From: a virus
IMG/VR virus record: IMGVR_UViG_3300024306_000013
DNA: 64,000 nucleotides
Reading direction: 5' to 3' (one strand)
In this document: positions 1-9,927 of the stretch, in pieces
How the letters are laid out: every line of letters begins with the position of its first letter
How positions within the stretch are numbered: position 1 is the stretch's first letter
Notes under the pieces: model-generated
Told to the model about the DNA's origin: nothing
Databases searched by the model: none
The model's input: the letters and a program-made list of their open reading frames with translations, nothing else
Program-made: the position numbers and the translations under genes

Positions 1-855
1 ATATGTAGTAGTATCATACCCGGCTTTAGGTACATCTAGTTCTGCTTGTTCAAGCACGGCTTGAGTTATACCAAGTTCAGTTTTGTAAGTACTAGTCACA
101 TCTCTGAGACTGTCTGCCAGTTTATAATAATTTGTGTTTGGCGGCGCGATATCTGTTACAGGAGCAGTTACGGTATATTTTTTACCATCTGGACCTGTTA
201 CAACATCGCCGATCTGATAGGTATAACCAGGACGATACACACCTACATCGCTGTCTGTGTCGGCTATACCGTCTAGTATCTGTTTGAATTCTTGGCTGTC
301 TACCAGTGGAGTACATTTGGCACGATACAAGTGTGGGTACCAAGTTACTGAAAATCCCTGTGCTGCTCTATTAACTTCTTGAATAACATAAAATCTTTTG
401 AGAGCAAACTTAAGATCGTTAAGAGCATGATAATCTTTAAGGTGTGGCAATTCTAGTACATCGCCTGGCATAATCTTCCTGCCTAATTTTTCCACAGTAT
501 CATTGATGTGGAATGTAATGAATACCGTGTCGTTTTGTAAAAATAAACCAAATTGACTGAGATTAAAATCTATATCCTGTATATTGTAATGACCTCGCAA
601 AATGTAAACATTAGGGTCATATTTTCTATCTCTGTTTTCTAAAAACAGCAAATCTTGTATATGCGTTTCAGGAGTAGAAGTTCCTGTATAATTAGGTAAA
701 CTAGGGCTGCTTTCCCCAGGCAATGGATCTCCAGGACCGGCATATTTGTGTACTAGAACATCCGTACCGCCAACTTGGAACATCTCCCAAATATTGCGGT
801 CAAAAAACTTGTAATCGTTGCCTTTTTCGGGCTTGTATAAACTGAGTCTTGGCAT
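1..855 (-). CDS. gp14: Neck / head-closure protein (T4 gp14-like), partial, runs off the left edge
   Basis: Manual translation from the ATG at 855 gives MPRLSLYKPEKGNDYKFFDRNIWEMFQVGG...DFNLSQFGLFLQND...KIMPGDVLELPHL. Missing from the ORF track because its stop lies outside the window. Divergent from gp13. Confidence 0.7.
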   Translation of the reverse strand, partial: MPRLSLYKPEKGNDYKFFDRNIWEMFQVGGTDVLVHKYAGPGDPLPGESSPSLPNYTGTSTPETHIQDLLFLENRDRKYDPNVYILRGHYNIQDIDFNLSQFGLFLQNDTVFITFHINDTVEKLGRKIMPGDVLELPHLKDYHALNDLKFALKRFYVIQEVNRAAQGFSVTWYPHLYRAKCTPLVDSQEFKQILDGIADTDSDVGVYRPGYTYQIGDVVTGPDGKKYTVTAPVTDIAPPNTNYYKLADSLRDVTSTYKTELGITQAVLEQAELDVPKAGYDTTTY

Positions 856-888
856 AGTATTATATTTACCGCCACGATAAATAACAGT

Positions 889-1653
889 ATGAGCCAACTA
901 GATGAAGAAAAACAGAAGGTCTATGACTATTGTAAGACCATGCTGGGCGACGGCATGATCGACGTCGAACTAGATCCTATACACTATCAAACAGCCCTTG
1001 ATAGGTCATTAGCTATTTTTAGGCAAAGATCGGACAATTCTGTAGAAGAATCTTTCGCATATCTAACGCTGGAAATAGACAAAAACGAGTACATACTGCC
1101 TAAAGAAATACAGGTAGTACGTGAAATCTATAGGCGTTCGATAGGTTCTAGATCCGGCGGCGGCACGGGAGGCACAGTATTTGAACCATTCAATCTAGCC
1201 TATACAAATACCTATCTATTAAGCTCGACAAACATGGGCGGTCTTCTAACTTATGAACTGTTTGCTCAATATCAAGAACGTGTGGGTAAGATGTTCGGTA
1301 GCTTCATACAGTTTACATGGCATCCACAAACGCACAAACTGACTATACACCAAAGACCGCGTTCTATGGAACAAGTCATGTTATGGGTTTACAATACTCG
1401 CCCAGATCATGCTATCTTGACAGATACGTATGCTAACATATGGATCAAAGATTACACACTAGCTAACTGTAAAATGATGCTAGGACAAGCACGTGAAAAA
1501 TTCCAAACTATCGCAGGCCCAGGCGGCGGAACCAGCCTAAACGGGCAAGCATTAAAACAAGAAGCACAAGCAGATATCGAACGACTGACAGCAGAACTGG
1601 TCAACTTTGTACCAGGCACTGCTATGGCCGGATATACATTCGTTATTGGTTAA
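889..1653 (+). CDS. gp13: Neck protein (T4 gp13-like)
   Basis: 254 aa with LGDGMIDVELD near the N-terminus and WIKDYTLA..K.MLGQAREKF...LNG..LK near the C-terminus. Morphogenesis context. Confidence 0.8.
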   Translation: MSQLDEEKQKVYDYCKTMLGDGMIDVELDPIHYQTALDRSLAIFRQRSDNSVEESFAYLTLEIDKNEYILPKEIQVVREIYRRSIGSRSGGGTGGTVFEPFNLAYTNTYLLSSTNMGGLLTYELFAQYQERVGKMFGSFIQFTWHPQTHKLTIHQRPRSMEQVMLWVYNTRPDHAILTDTYANIWIKDYTLANCKMMLGQAREKFQTIAGPGGGTSLNGQALKQEAQADIERLTAELVNFVPGTAMAGYTFVIG

Positions 1654-1660
1654 ACCACAC

Positions 1661-1689
1661 TTGACAGCAGCATAGACGACCTGTATTAT
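1661..1689 (+). promoter_or_regulatory. sigma70-type promoter for dNMP kinase
   Basis: TTGACA-17 bp-TATTAT. Confidence 0.7.
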
Positions 1690-1710
1690 ATACTTTAAAC
1701 AGGGGGCTCT

Positions 1711-2391
1711 ATGATTATAGGTATCTGCGGTTTCATAGGCAGTGGTAAAGACACTATTGCCGACTATCTAGTAAATTTCCATGAATTTAGGCGTGAGAGT
1801 TTTGCCAATACTCTCAAAGATGCGTGTGCGGCTGTGTTTGGCTGGGATCGTACACTGTTAGAAGGAAGAACTAAACAAGCCCGCGAGTGGCGTGAACAGC
1901 GCGACGAGTGGTGGAGCCAACGTCTAGGAATGGATATTACTCCTAGATGGATACTACAATACTGGGGAACTGAGGTTTGCCGCAGGGGTTTCCACGACGA
2001 TATCTGGATTGCCAGTTTAGAAAATAAACTGCGTAACAGCAAAGACAATGTTGTTATAAGCGACTGCCGCTTCCCAAACGAAATTACCAGTATCAAGAAC
2101 GCAGGCGGCAAGATTATTTGGGTACAGCGCGGTCCCTTACCGGATTGGTACGATCTTGCTGTTCAAGAAAATGTACACGGCTCTGAAGAAGCTAAGTTTG
2201 AATTGATCAAGCGTAAAGTACACGCCAGCGAAACCAGTTGGGTTGGAACAGATTTTGATGTCATCTTAGACAACAATGGTACTATTGACGAGCTGTATAA
2301 ACAGGTCAAAAGTCTGGTGTTAGATCTCCCTGACGCCAACGAACGTTCTCTTTATGTAGGACTCTCTGACAGTTTGCGCATACTGACTTGA
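1711..2391 (+). CDS. Deoxynucleoside monophosphate kinase (T4 gp1-like)
   Basis: IGICGFIGSGKDT P-loop, SFANTLK, RWILQYWGTE, ISDCRFPNE, HASE motifs. Confidence 0.9.
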   Translation: MIIGICGFIGSGKDTIADYLVNFHEFRRESFANTLKDACAAVFGWDRTLLEGRTKQAREWREQRDEWWSQRLGMDITPRWILQYWGTEVCRRGFHDDIWIASLENKLRNSKDNVVISDCRFPNEITSIKNAGGKIIWVQRGPLPDWYDLAVQENVHGSEEAKFELIKRKVHASETSWVGTDFDVILDNNGTIDELYKQVKSLVLDLPDANERSLYVGLSDSLRILT

Positions 2392-2641
2392 GATTGCTAG
2401 GGCGGCAATTATCGAGATTTTCGTCTATATGATAGACCGCAAAAACTTCTTTGTGAGGAGATTTAAATCCGCATCGATCACACTGAAGTTTCAAACGGTA
2501 CCCTGCTCTATACCATCTAGGGATACCGTGATTTTTTCCATGCTTTAGGCAAATTTCACATAGTGACCTATAATAGGTCTTGCCATTTTTATGGTAGTTG
2601 ACTGCTGCCGGCCTAAATCCGCAGCTACAAAGCGGTCTCAT
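2306..2641 (-). CDS. Small Zn-binding HNH-like protein
   Basis: CxC and CxxC pairs plus YHIDENLDNC..SNL..VCANC (HNH-like; the last His is replaced by Gln). Confidence 0.65.
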   Translation of the reverse strand: MRPLCSCGFRPAAVNYHKNGKTYYRSLCEICLKHGKNHGIPRWYRAGYRLKLQCDRCGFKSPHKEVFAVYHIDENLDNCRPSNLKSVCANCQRVLHKENVRWRQGDLTPDF

Positions 2642-2747
2642 AAAAATATTTACCCTTTTCTACCCCTTTAGAACTAGTTATAAAGGTACATTTTCTCCAA
2701 AACACGCTAAATATTTTAACAAGATTTAACCTTCAGGAGATAACGGA

Positions 2748-5700
2748 ATGGCCCTTCAATCACCAGGCGTACAGGTTACGGTAGTTAACGAAAGTTACTA
2801 CACAACAAACACACAGGGGACAGTACCTCTGTTTGTCGTAGCTACTGCGCAAAACAAGAACAACTCTAGCGGCACAGGTATTGCTGCTGGCACACTAAAA
2901 GCAAACGCAGAATCAGTTTATACAGTAGCTAGTCAAAGAGAGCTATCAGACTATTTTGGAACACCAAAATTCAAGACAGCCATCGACGGCAGTCCGATAC
3001 ACGGTGCTGAACAAAACGAATATGGCTTACAAGCAGCATACAGCTTCTTGGGCGTTTCAAATCCTGCTTATATTGTAAGAGCGGATCTAAACCTAAATGA
3101 ACTAACAGCACAAGATAAAGCTCCTGGTTCTGAACCAGCAAATGGTCAATGGTGGCTAGATACTGCTAGCACACAATGGGGTATCTTTGAATGGGATTCA
3201 ACACCCGTTAGATTGAATGGCCAAAAATTCGTACACAAAGTACCTACCGTAATCAACGATACTGACGTTGATATGCTAGACGACGTTGGCGGAGTTATGT
3301 ATCCAAAAGCCAGCGTGGGCAAGTCAGGAGATTACGCTGTAGTTTCCGCTTCTGATGTGATTAGATATTTTTACAAAGGCACAGATTATACAACTTCAGG
3401 TAATCCTATTTCATGGCAGCTAATCGGTACCAAACAATGGAGAAAGTTTTGGCCAACATTTGTTTCAGCTGGATATAACCCTCCAACAAGTGGTGATATC
3501 AGCATAACAATCAATGGTAGATTAGTAACAGTACCTAACAACAGCACATTAAATGACGTAGTCACTTTGATCAATTCGTTAGTTATCACTGGAGTCAAAG
3601 CAGCCAATATTGGTGGAAATCTAAACTTGTTCGTCACTGACAAGACTGACGATGTAGGCGACTCTACAGACAGTATTTTGATCCTTATGGAGGACAGCAC
3701 TGTTGGTTCAGTTGCTGCTTTGTTTGATGTACCAGCAGGCGAATACTTTGGTCCAGAATTGACCATAGCTCCACATACTTCAGTTCCACAGTGGAAGGCC
3801 GGAGACTCATATCCAAGACCAAGCGGTTCTGTATGGGTTAAATCTACAGATCCAAATCTAGGTGCTAGATACAGGATCAAGAAATATAATTCTTCTACTA
3901 AAGCATGGGCAGAAGTGCGTACAGGCCTAAATGCCACTCCTCAAGCTGCTATCTATGCGTTAGATAGAACAGGTGGCGGAGTTAATATTCCTGTAGATCA
4001 AGTATTCGTACAATATAACTATTCAGAAGATACTGGATATGATAATACTCCACAAACTACCAGCTTCAAGATTTTCGTAAGAAAGAATGCTGGTGTAAAT
4101 GCTACAAGTATCACTTCAGATGCTGTAACTAACCAGCTATCAGCAGGTTCAAAGACTATCTTTATCCGTGAAAGTCTAAAAGGCAGTCCTACACTCGGTC
4201 CGGTAACACAGATTAACTTTACCGCAGCTGGTAATTCAGCAGATGCTAATGCGATCGCTGTAGCTATCAACTCTTCTTCACTGACCAATATCAGAGCATC
4301 TGTTGCATCAGGTAGATTGACTATCGTACACACATTAGGTGGCGAATTTAGAATCACTGATACTTCAGGAGCATTGGCTGCGATTGGTTTTACAACATTC
4401 AACTATGAAGATGGTTCAGGTACACCAAATCTATATGCTGTGCCAGCAGGTTCTGTAGTAGACGAAAATGATGTTGAAGTTCTCGAAACTTTCGTAGCAT
4501 CTAGCTGGTTGCCACTGGCTGGATCATTGACTGGTTACATTTCTGCTAAGAATGCTCCAGAAGCCGAAGCTAGCGACGGTCAGCTTTGGTATTCGAATGT
4601 AGTTAATGAAGTGGATATCATGATTCATAACGGAACTACTTGGGTTGGATACCTAGATAGTACTTCACCATACTACAAAGGTTCTTCAAGTCAACAAACA
4701 GACCCAAGTGGTCCTATCGTAAGTGCTACACGCCCATTGCTACAAAGCGACGGTACAGTATTGGTTACTGGAGACATTTGGATTGATACCAGCGATTTGG
4801 AAAATTATCCAGTGATCTATAGATTTAACAATGATTTATCAGATACTCCTGTAGCAAACAGATGGGTATTGATAGACAACACAGACCATACATCAGAAAA
4901 TGGTGTATTGTTTGCTGATGCTAGAGCAGGAACTACAGGTGGTGATGCTACTACAGCACCATCCGGCACTATCAAAGAATTGTTAGTCAGCAACTTCGTA
5001 GATTTCGATGCCCCAGATCCAGCACTATATCCACGTGGTATGATGCTATGGAATACACGTCGTAGCGGTTTCAATGTAAAAGTTTATAGACATACTTACG
5101 TAGATACCACAGCAGACAACATAAGATTCAATGACGAATCGATGGCTCTATACCATAGATCGCGCTGGGTTACAGAATCAGCTGATAAGTTTGGTCGTCA
5201 TGCTCAGCGTCATGTTGTAGTAACGGCTCTCAAGAAAGTTATAGCTACTAGCCAGCAGCTAAGGGAAACTGAAGTGAGACAGTTTAACTTGCTAGCTTGC
5301 CCAGGCTATCCAGAAGTACTACAAAACTTGATCGATCTAAACGCAGATCGTGGCGATACAGCGTTTATCGTTGGTGATTCACCATTCAGATTGCCAGCAG
5401 ATTCGACTTCATTAACCAGTTGGGGTACTAACGCAAAAGGCGCAGCAGATAACGATGAAAATTCATTAGTATCTTATGATGCTTATACGGCTGTATTTTA
5501 TCCAAGCGGATTGACCACAGATAACGTGGGCAATTCAGTAGTAGTACCTGCTAGCCACATGATGCTCAAGACTATGGCTGTCAGCGATCAAGTAAGTTAC
5601 CCATGGTTTGCTCCAGCAGGTATACGTCGCGGCGCTATTACTAACGCAACATCGGTTGGTTATATCGATAAGACAACCGGATCTTTCAAGACTGTAGCTC

Positions 5701-6146
5701 TAACAGAAGGACAAAGAGATACTCTTTACAATGTTGGGGTTAACCCATTAACATACTTCAACGGTGTTGGACTAGTCAACTATGGTCAAAAGACCCGTGC
5801 TAACACAGCTTCTGCGCTAGATAGGATCAATGTAGCAAGACTTGTGATTTATCTAAGAACACAGCTAAACAAATTAGCAAAACCATATGTGTTTGAGCCA
5901 AATGACAAGATCACACGTGACGAAATCAAGCAGGCAGTTGAAAGTCTATTGTTAGAACTAGTTGGTTTAAGAGCTCTATATGACTATGCCGTTGTTTGTG
6001 ACGAAACAAACAACACACCTGATAGAATCGATCGAAACGAACTGTATGTTGATATTGCTATTGAACCAGTCAAAGCAATTGAGTTCATCTACATTCCATT
6101 GAGATTGAAGAACACAGGAGAAATTCAACAATCCTCGACTAGATAA
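2748..6146 (+). CDS. gp18: Tail sheath protein (gp18-like), enlarged (1132 aa)
   Basis: N-terminal SPGVQVTVVNES; C-terminal WFAPAG.RRG, RINVARL, FEPND..TR, IDRNELYVDIAIEPVKAIEFIYI. Confidence 0.95.
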   Translation: MALQSPGVQVTVVNESYYTTNTQGTVPLFVVATAQNKNNSSGTGIAAGTLKANAESVYTVASQRELSDYFGTPKFKTAIDGSPIHGAEQNEYGLQAAYSFLGVSNPAYIVRADLNLNELTAQDKAPGSEPANGQWWLDTASTQWGIFEWDSTPVRLNGQKFVHKVPTVINDTDVDMLDDVGGVMYPKASVGKSGDYAVVSASDVIRYFYKGTDYTTSGNPISWQLIGTKQWRKFWPTFVSAGYNPPTSGDISITINGRLVTVPNNSTLNDVVTLINSLVITGVKAANIGGNLNLFVTDKTDDVGDSTDSILILMEDSTVGSVAALFDVPAGEYFGPELTIAPHTSVPQWKAGDSYPRPSGSVWVKSTDPNLGARYRIKKYNSSTKAWAEVRTGLNATPQAAIYALDRTGGGVNIPVDQVFVQYNYSEDTGYDNTPQTTSFKIFVRKNAGVNATSITSDAVTNQLSAGSKTIFIRESLKGSPTLGPVTQINFTAAGNSADANAIAVAINSSSLTNIRASVASGRLTIVHTLGGEFRITDTSGALAAIGFTTFNYEDGSGTPNLYAVPAGSVVDENDVEVLETFVASSWLPLAGSLTGYISAKNAPEAEASDGQLWYSNVVNEVDIMIHNGTTWVGYLDSTSPYYKGSSSQQTDPSGPIVSATRPLLQSDGTVLVTGDIWIDTSDLENYPVIYRFNNDLSDTPVANRWVLIDNTDHTSENGVLFADARAGTTGGDATTAPSGTIKELLVSNFVDFDAPDPALYPRGMMLWNTRRSGFNVKVYRHTYVDTTADNIRFNDESMALYHRSRWVTESADKFGRHAQRHVVVTALKKVIATSQQLRETEVRQFNLLACPGYPEVLQNLIDLNADRGDTAFIVGDSPFRLPADSTSLTSWGTNAKGAADNDENSLVSYDAYTAVFYPSGLTTDNVGNSVVVPASHMMLKTMAVSDQVSYPWFAPAGIRRGAITNATSVGYIDKTTGSFKTVALTEGQRDTLYNVGVNPLTYFNGVGLVNYGQKTRANTASALDRINVARLVIYLRTQLNKLAKPYVFEPNDKITRDEIKQAVESLLLELVGLRALYDYAVVCDETNNTPDRIDRNELYVDIAIEPVKAIEFIYIPLRLKNTGEIQQSSTR

Positions 6147-6172
6147 GATTTAGGGGATTTATCCCCTAAATT
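6147..6172 (+). terminator. Hairpin after the sheath gene
   Basis: ATTTAGGGGA-ttta-TCCCCTAAAT inverted repeat. Confidence 0.55.
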
Positions 6173-6207
6173 GGATTGATAAATAATTATAACGGAGCAA
6201 AAATAAT

Positions 6208-6849
6208 ATGGCGATTTCAACACTATCAAAACTAACAGTGCCGTTAGCTTCAGACCAAAGTTCAGCAACTCAAGGTCTGTTGATGCCAAAGCTCAAGTAT
6301 CGCTTTAGAGTGGTACTAAGTGGATTTGGTGCTAATGGTTCTGTAGCTACAGAATTAACTAAGCAGGTCGTAGACGTAACTCGTCCTAAGGTCAGCTTTG
6401 AAGAAATGGAAATTCCTATCTACAACAGCAGAATTTATCTGGCTGGTAGACATCAATGGGAAGCGATCACTTTAAATATCAGAGATGATGCTAGTGGTGC
6501 TGTACAGAGACTGTGCGGTGAGCAGGTACAGAAGCAGTTTGACTTCTTTGAACAGGCATCTGCTGCTTCAGGTCAGGACTATAAATTTACTACCAGAATC
6601 GAAATCTTAGATGGTGGTAACGGCGCACAAACACCAAATGTTCTTGAAACATTTGAAGTATATGGCTGTTTTGTACAAAATATCGATTACGGTGAACTTG
6701 CGTATGGTACAAACGAAGCAGCTCAGATACAGTTGAGCATCAGATATGATAACGCTATCCAGTACAGAGGCGGATCAGTAGATGGCATCGGACGTAACAT
6801 CGGTGCTAGAACTATCGGTTCACTAACTACAGGCGGCGGTAATATCTAA
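6208..6849 (+). CDS. gp19: Tail tube protein (gp19-like)
   Basis: PKLKYRFRV, W..ITLNIRDD, GCF...DYGEL.Y, I.LSIRYDNA; follows the sheath gene. Confidence 0.85.
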   Translation: MAISTLSKLTVPLASDQSSATQGLLMPKLKYRFRVVLSGFGANGSVATELTKQVVDVTRPKVSFEEMEIPIYNSRIYLAGRHQWEAITLNIRDDASGAVQRLCGEQVQKQFDFFEQASAASGQDYKFTTRIEILDGGNGAQTPNVLETFEVYGCFVQNIDYGELAYGTNEAAQIQLSIRYDNAIQYRGGSVDGIGRNIGARTIGSLTTGGGNI

Positions 6850-6871
6850 AATAATCCGTTGAATTCGCCTT

Positions 6872-6903
6872 AAAAAGCCCAGCTTAAAACCTGGGCTTTT
6901 TTT
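6872..6903 (+). terminator. Intrinsic terminator
   Basis: AAAAAGCCCAG-cttaaaac-CTGGGCTTTTTTT. Confidence 0.8.
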
Positions 6904-6919
6904 ATTAATAAATAATGTT

Positions 6920-8038
6920 ATGGCAAACTATTTCACACGATTCTTAGTCGGTCTAGGACAAGGACTAACAAACCCCAAAGGCAACATGGGGGACTTCCAA
7001 CATGCATCTAGAGTATTTGTAGATAATACGTTCCGTCTAGCACCAAGGACTAAATTTACATTTCATGTATACCTTGATATAAATCCTCTAGCTCTACAAG
7101 CTTCTAATTGGAAAGCACAGCATCATAAAGAAGCAGGAATGTTAGTAAAAACAGCCGACCTTCCTAAATTTACATTACAAACAGAAGTCAAAAATCAGTA
7201 TAATAAAAAGAAAATAGTTTACAAAGACATCACATACGATCCAGTTAATATCACGTTCCATGACGATAATCTAGGTCTTATAAATTCTTTATGGGCACAG
7301 TATATGGCCTATATCAGTCCCGATCGACTAAATCCTAGAGCAGCGTATAACGCAAAATCTATTAATGTATATAGATCTACAGGACAAGGATCAGTAACAG
7401 CCGACGAAGCCAGGGATGGCGCAACTACGACAGGCAGTACTGGGGGCGGATTTGATTTTTATAGATACGGTCTAGACAAGGACGGATACACAGAACCGTT
7501 CTTTAGATCGATTACCATTTATACATTAGCAAGAAAACGATTCAACAGTTATACGTTGGTTAATCCTATGATAACCTCGTGGACTACTGGTCAGATGGAT
7601 TATAACCAAAGCAATGGTATGAACGAAATGACCATGAGCTTACAGTATGAAACTGTTTTTTATGGTTATGGAACTGTCACCAGGGGAGTAGAACCAAATG
7701 GCTTTGCTGACCTACATTATGACACCGCACCTAGCCCGTTGACTATAGGTGGTGGTGGCACCAGCACTGTTTTTGGACCAAATGGTGTCCTTGGAGGATT
7801 ATATGGTTCAGGACTCGCCGGAGCGCAACTGATATTCAGGAATGATTTTGGAAATATCAACGGAACACCAAACTTCTTCGGTGCAGCCATTAATGCTATT
7901 AATACCTATAGAAGTCTTTCTAATATTAACCTCAATACTATCAAGCAAGAAGCTGTAAACATACTAACAGTGCCTAACAATTATGTCAATAATTTAGGAC
8001 CATTGCCTGGGGTAGTTATTAATTCAGGACCAAGATAA
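6920..8038 (+). CDS. Tube-fold baseplate / tail-tube initiator protein (gp54/gp48-like)
   Basis: KTADLPKF, NQYNKK, YDPVNITFHDD, ITSW...MDY, MSLQYE tube-family pattern; next to the tube gene. Confidence 0.6.
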   Translation: MANYFTRFLVGLGQGLTNPKGNMGDFQHASRVFVDNTFRLAPRTKFTFHVYLDINPLALQASNWKAQHHKEAGMLVKTADLPKFTLQTEVKNQYNKKKIVYKDITYDPVNITFHDDNLGLINSLWAQYMAYISPDRLNPRAAYNAKSINVYRSTGQGSVTADEARDGATTTGSTGGGFDFYRYGLDKDGYTEPFFRSITIYTLARKRFNSYTLVNPMITSWTTGQMDYNQSNGMNEMTMSLQYETVFYGYGTVTRGVEPNGFADLHYDTAPSPLTIGGGGTSTVFGPNGVLGGLYGSGLAGAQLIFRNDFGNINGTPNFFGAAINAINTYRSLSNINLNTIKQEAVNILTVPNNYVNNLGPLPGVVINSGPR

Positions 8039-8040
8039 TT

Positions 8041-8421
8041 ATGGCTGAGACTACTTTTAGTAATTTACCACCTGTACCTAAAACAGACAGCACCGCAAGA
8101 ACTCTCTTGTATTATAATAACTATGCGGATAAAGGTCAGGAATATAAAGCCGAAGATGTAGATTCAACTGTAGGTTTTCTAACGTCTAAAGGATTTAGCA
8201 ATACTGCTGCTACTACTACTGCTATGGTTTTGTTGCGTCAAGCCAAAGTAGATCAACTGTCTACATATTCTTTGTTAGAAACACTAAAAGGATTAGACAG
8301 TCTTCAATTAAGTTTTCTAGTTGGTCAGATCCTGAATCAAAATCGTTCACCGACTTCGGCATTGGGATACCGAGCTACTGCTGCTGTACAAACTTATCAG
8401 AATAGAAATATATTACCCTGA
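8041..8421 (+). CDS. Hypothetical protein in the structural module
   Basis: 126-aa ORF, translationally coupled to the next gene. Confidence 0.6.
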   Translation: MAETTFSNLPPVPKTDSTARTLLYYNNYADKGQEYKAEDVDSTVGFLTSKGFSNTAATTTAMVLLRQAKVDQLSTYSLLETLKGLDSLQLSFLVGQILNQNRSPTSALGYRATAAVQTYQNRNILP

Positions 8422-8861
8422 TGCCTAGATTTGCCCAAGGTCACTTTACTATGAAAAACCCCGATAAGTATATCGGGAAAAAAACTCCACTAGCACGTAG
8501 CAGTTGGGAGTTTGTTTTTATGAAAATGCTAGATGAGCATCCAGGTGTACAAAATTGGGCTAGCGAAAGTATACAGATACCCTATAGGGATCCATTAACT
8601 GGTAGATATACGATTTATGTTCCTGATTTTTTTATAGTTTATGTAGATAAAGATAAAAAGAAACATGCTGAGCTTGTAGAAATAAAACCAGCCAGCCAAA
8701 CACTAAGAGAAAAAGTGGGCAAGAGTGTGTTTAATCAAGCACAGTTTATCAAAAATCAAGCCAAATGGGAAGCAGCTAATGCTTGGTGTAGACAGCAAGG
8801 GATACGTTTCCGTGTAGTTAATGAGGGCGATATTTTCCATCAGGGCTCCAAAAAACGATAA
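8421..8861 (+). CDS. gp4: Head completion nuclease (T4 gp4-like, TnsA-type fold)
   Basis: KNPDKYIG, RSSWE, WASE.IQIPY, YVPDF, VEIKP, NQAKW.AA. Confidence 0.85.
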   Translation: MPRFAQGHFTMKNPDKYIGKKTPLARSSWEFVFMKMLDEHPGVQNWASESIQIPYRDPLTGRYTIYVPDFFIVYVDKDKKKHAELVEIKPASQTLREKVGKSVFNQAQFIKNQAKWEAANAWCRQQGIRFRVVNEGDIFHQGSKKR

Positions 8862-8869
8862 GTAATTGT

Positions 8870-9343
8870 ATGACTAAGAAATTAGAAGAATTGTTCAATT
8901 TAGAAGAGTCTTTGCCAGCAAACGTAGAAACACCAGAAGCTAGCAAGGATAATATCACTTCGTTAGAACGCAGCTATAAAGAAGTAGAGCAGATAGCATC
9001 TACACTGCCTGCTATTGATGATTTAGAAAGCCTAGACGAAAGCGAATTAGATTCGTTAGCTAAAAAAGCAGAAACTGCCTATGACGATCTAATGGATTTG
9101 GGCATGAACGTAGAAGTACGCTACAGCGGACGTATATTTGAAGTAGCAGGTACTATGCTTAAGAATGCTATAGATGCCAAGGCTGTTAAGATCAATAACA
9201 AACTAAAAGCTGTAGATCTCAAGCTGAAAAAGCTGAAAATTGACAGAGATTCCGGTGATGAAGAACCGGGCATGATGAATGGGCAAGGATTTGTTATCAC
9301 TGATCGTAATGCCTTGCTCAAAAAACTAAGCGGAAAAGAATAA
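8870..9343 (+). CDS. Probable terminase small subunit (gp16-like)
   Basis: RIFEVAGTMLKNAIDAK...KLK.VDL.LKKL and a C-terminal FVITDRNALLKKL resemble the gp16 pattern; upstream of the large subunit. Confidence 0.55.
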   Translation: MTKKLEELFNLEESLPANVETPEASKDNITSLERSYKEVEQIASTLPAIDDLESLDESELDSLAKKAETAYDDLMDLGMNVEVRYSGRIFEVAGTMLKNAIDAKAVKINNKLKAVDLKLKKLKIDRDSGDEEPGMMNGQGFVITDRNALLKKLSGKE

Positions 9344-9351
9344 ATATGAGT

Positions 9352-9927
9352 ATGAAATCACTAAAAGACTATCTTACAGAAAGCCAAAAAACTTACAGTT
9401 TCCGTATCAAAGTAGCTGGTAAGTATAATGAAGGTTTCGTTGAAGCTGCTAAACAGGCTATGAGCAAGTATGGTTGCGCAAAGTTTGAAAAAGTCAGCGA
9501 TATTCCTATTGCTAACAAGCATTTGGATTTTCCACAGCTAGAAAATATAGATGTGTCTGTATACGAAACTGATTGTACATATCCTGTAACACCTATCGAA
9601 ATTTCTGCGTTACTACACGAAGTAACTAAAATCCCAGAAGTGTATTTCAAAGTTAGAAACCTAGGTGATACTACAGACATCTATATTCCTGTAGATGCGC
9701 AAAAGAGTGGTAAAGCTCTATTAGATGATCCAGAATACAAAGAACATCCCAAGTTTGCTTCAAAAGATTACTTCGGTGATGATTTCAACAGATCGTTCTT
9801 GAAAGACCTAGCCAAGCAAAGCAAGGCACAGAAAAAAGAAATAGGCCAGAACGAAGAATACAAATTACCAAAAACTAAAGCAGATAAGGCAGGTGTATCT
9901 AGTCCTATCTCAAGGAGTCCTAGATGA
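9352..9927 (+). CDS. Hypothetical late protein
   Basis: Start placed at the second ATG (MKSLKDYLTE), 5 nt after ATAAATA. Confidence 0.6.
   Translation: MKSLKDYLTESQKTYSFRIKVAGKYNEGFVEAAKQAMSKYGCAKFEKVSDIPIANKHLDFPQLENIDVSVYETDCTYPVTPIEISALLHEVTKIPEVYFKVRNLGDTTDIYIPVDAQKSGKALLDDPEYKEHPKFASKDYFGDDFNRSFLKDLAKQSKAQKKEIGQNEEYKLPKTKADKAGVSSPISRSPR

Noticed and set aside
46-276. Plus-strand 76-aa ORF in the track
   Set aside because: Antisense shadow of the gp14-like gene (855 to 1, minus), which the track missed
2306-2641. HNH gene as a mobile homing endonuclease
   Set aside because: Short, lacks a DNA-binding extension, has the last His replaced and overlaps the kinase gene; more likely a resident accessory protein
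3386-5074. Several 85-183-aa minus-strand ORFs inside the sheath gene
   Set aside because: Antisense shadows from codon bias; no RBS or motifs. The same applies to most nested ORFs across the window.
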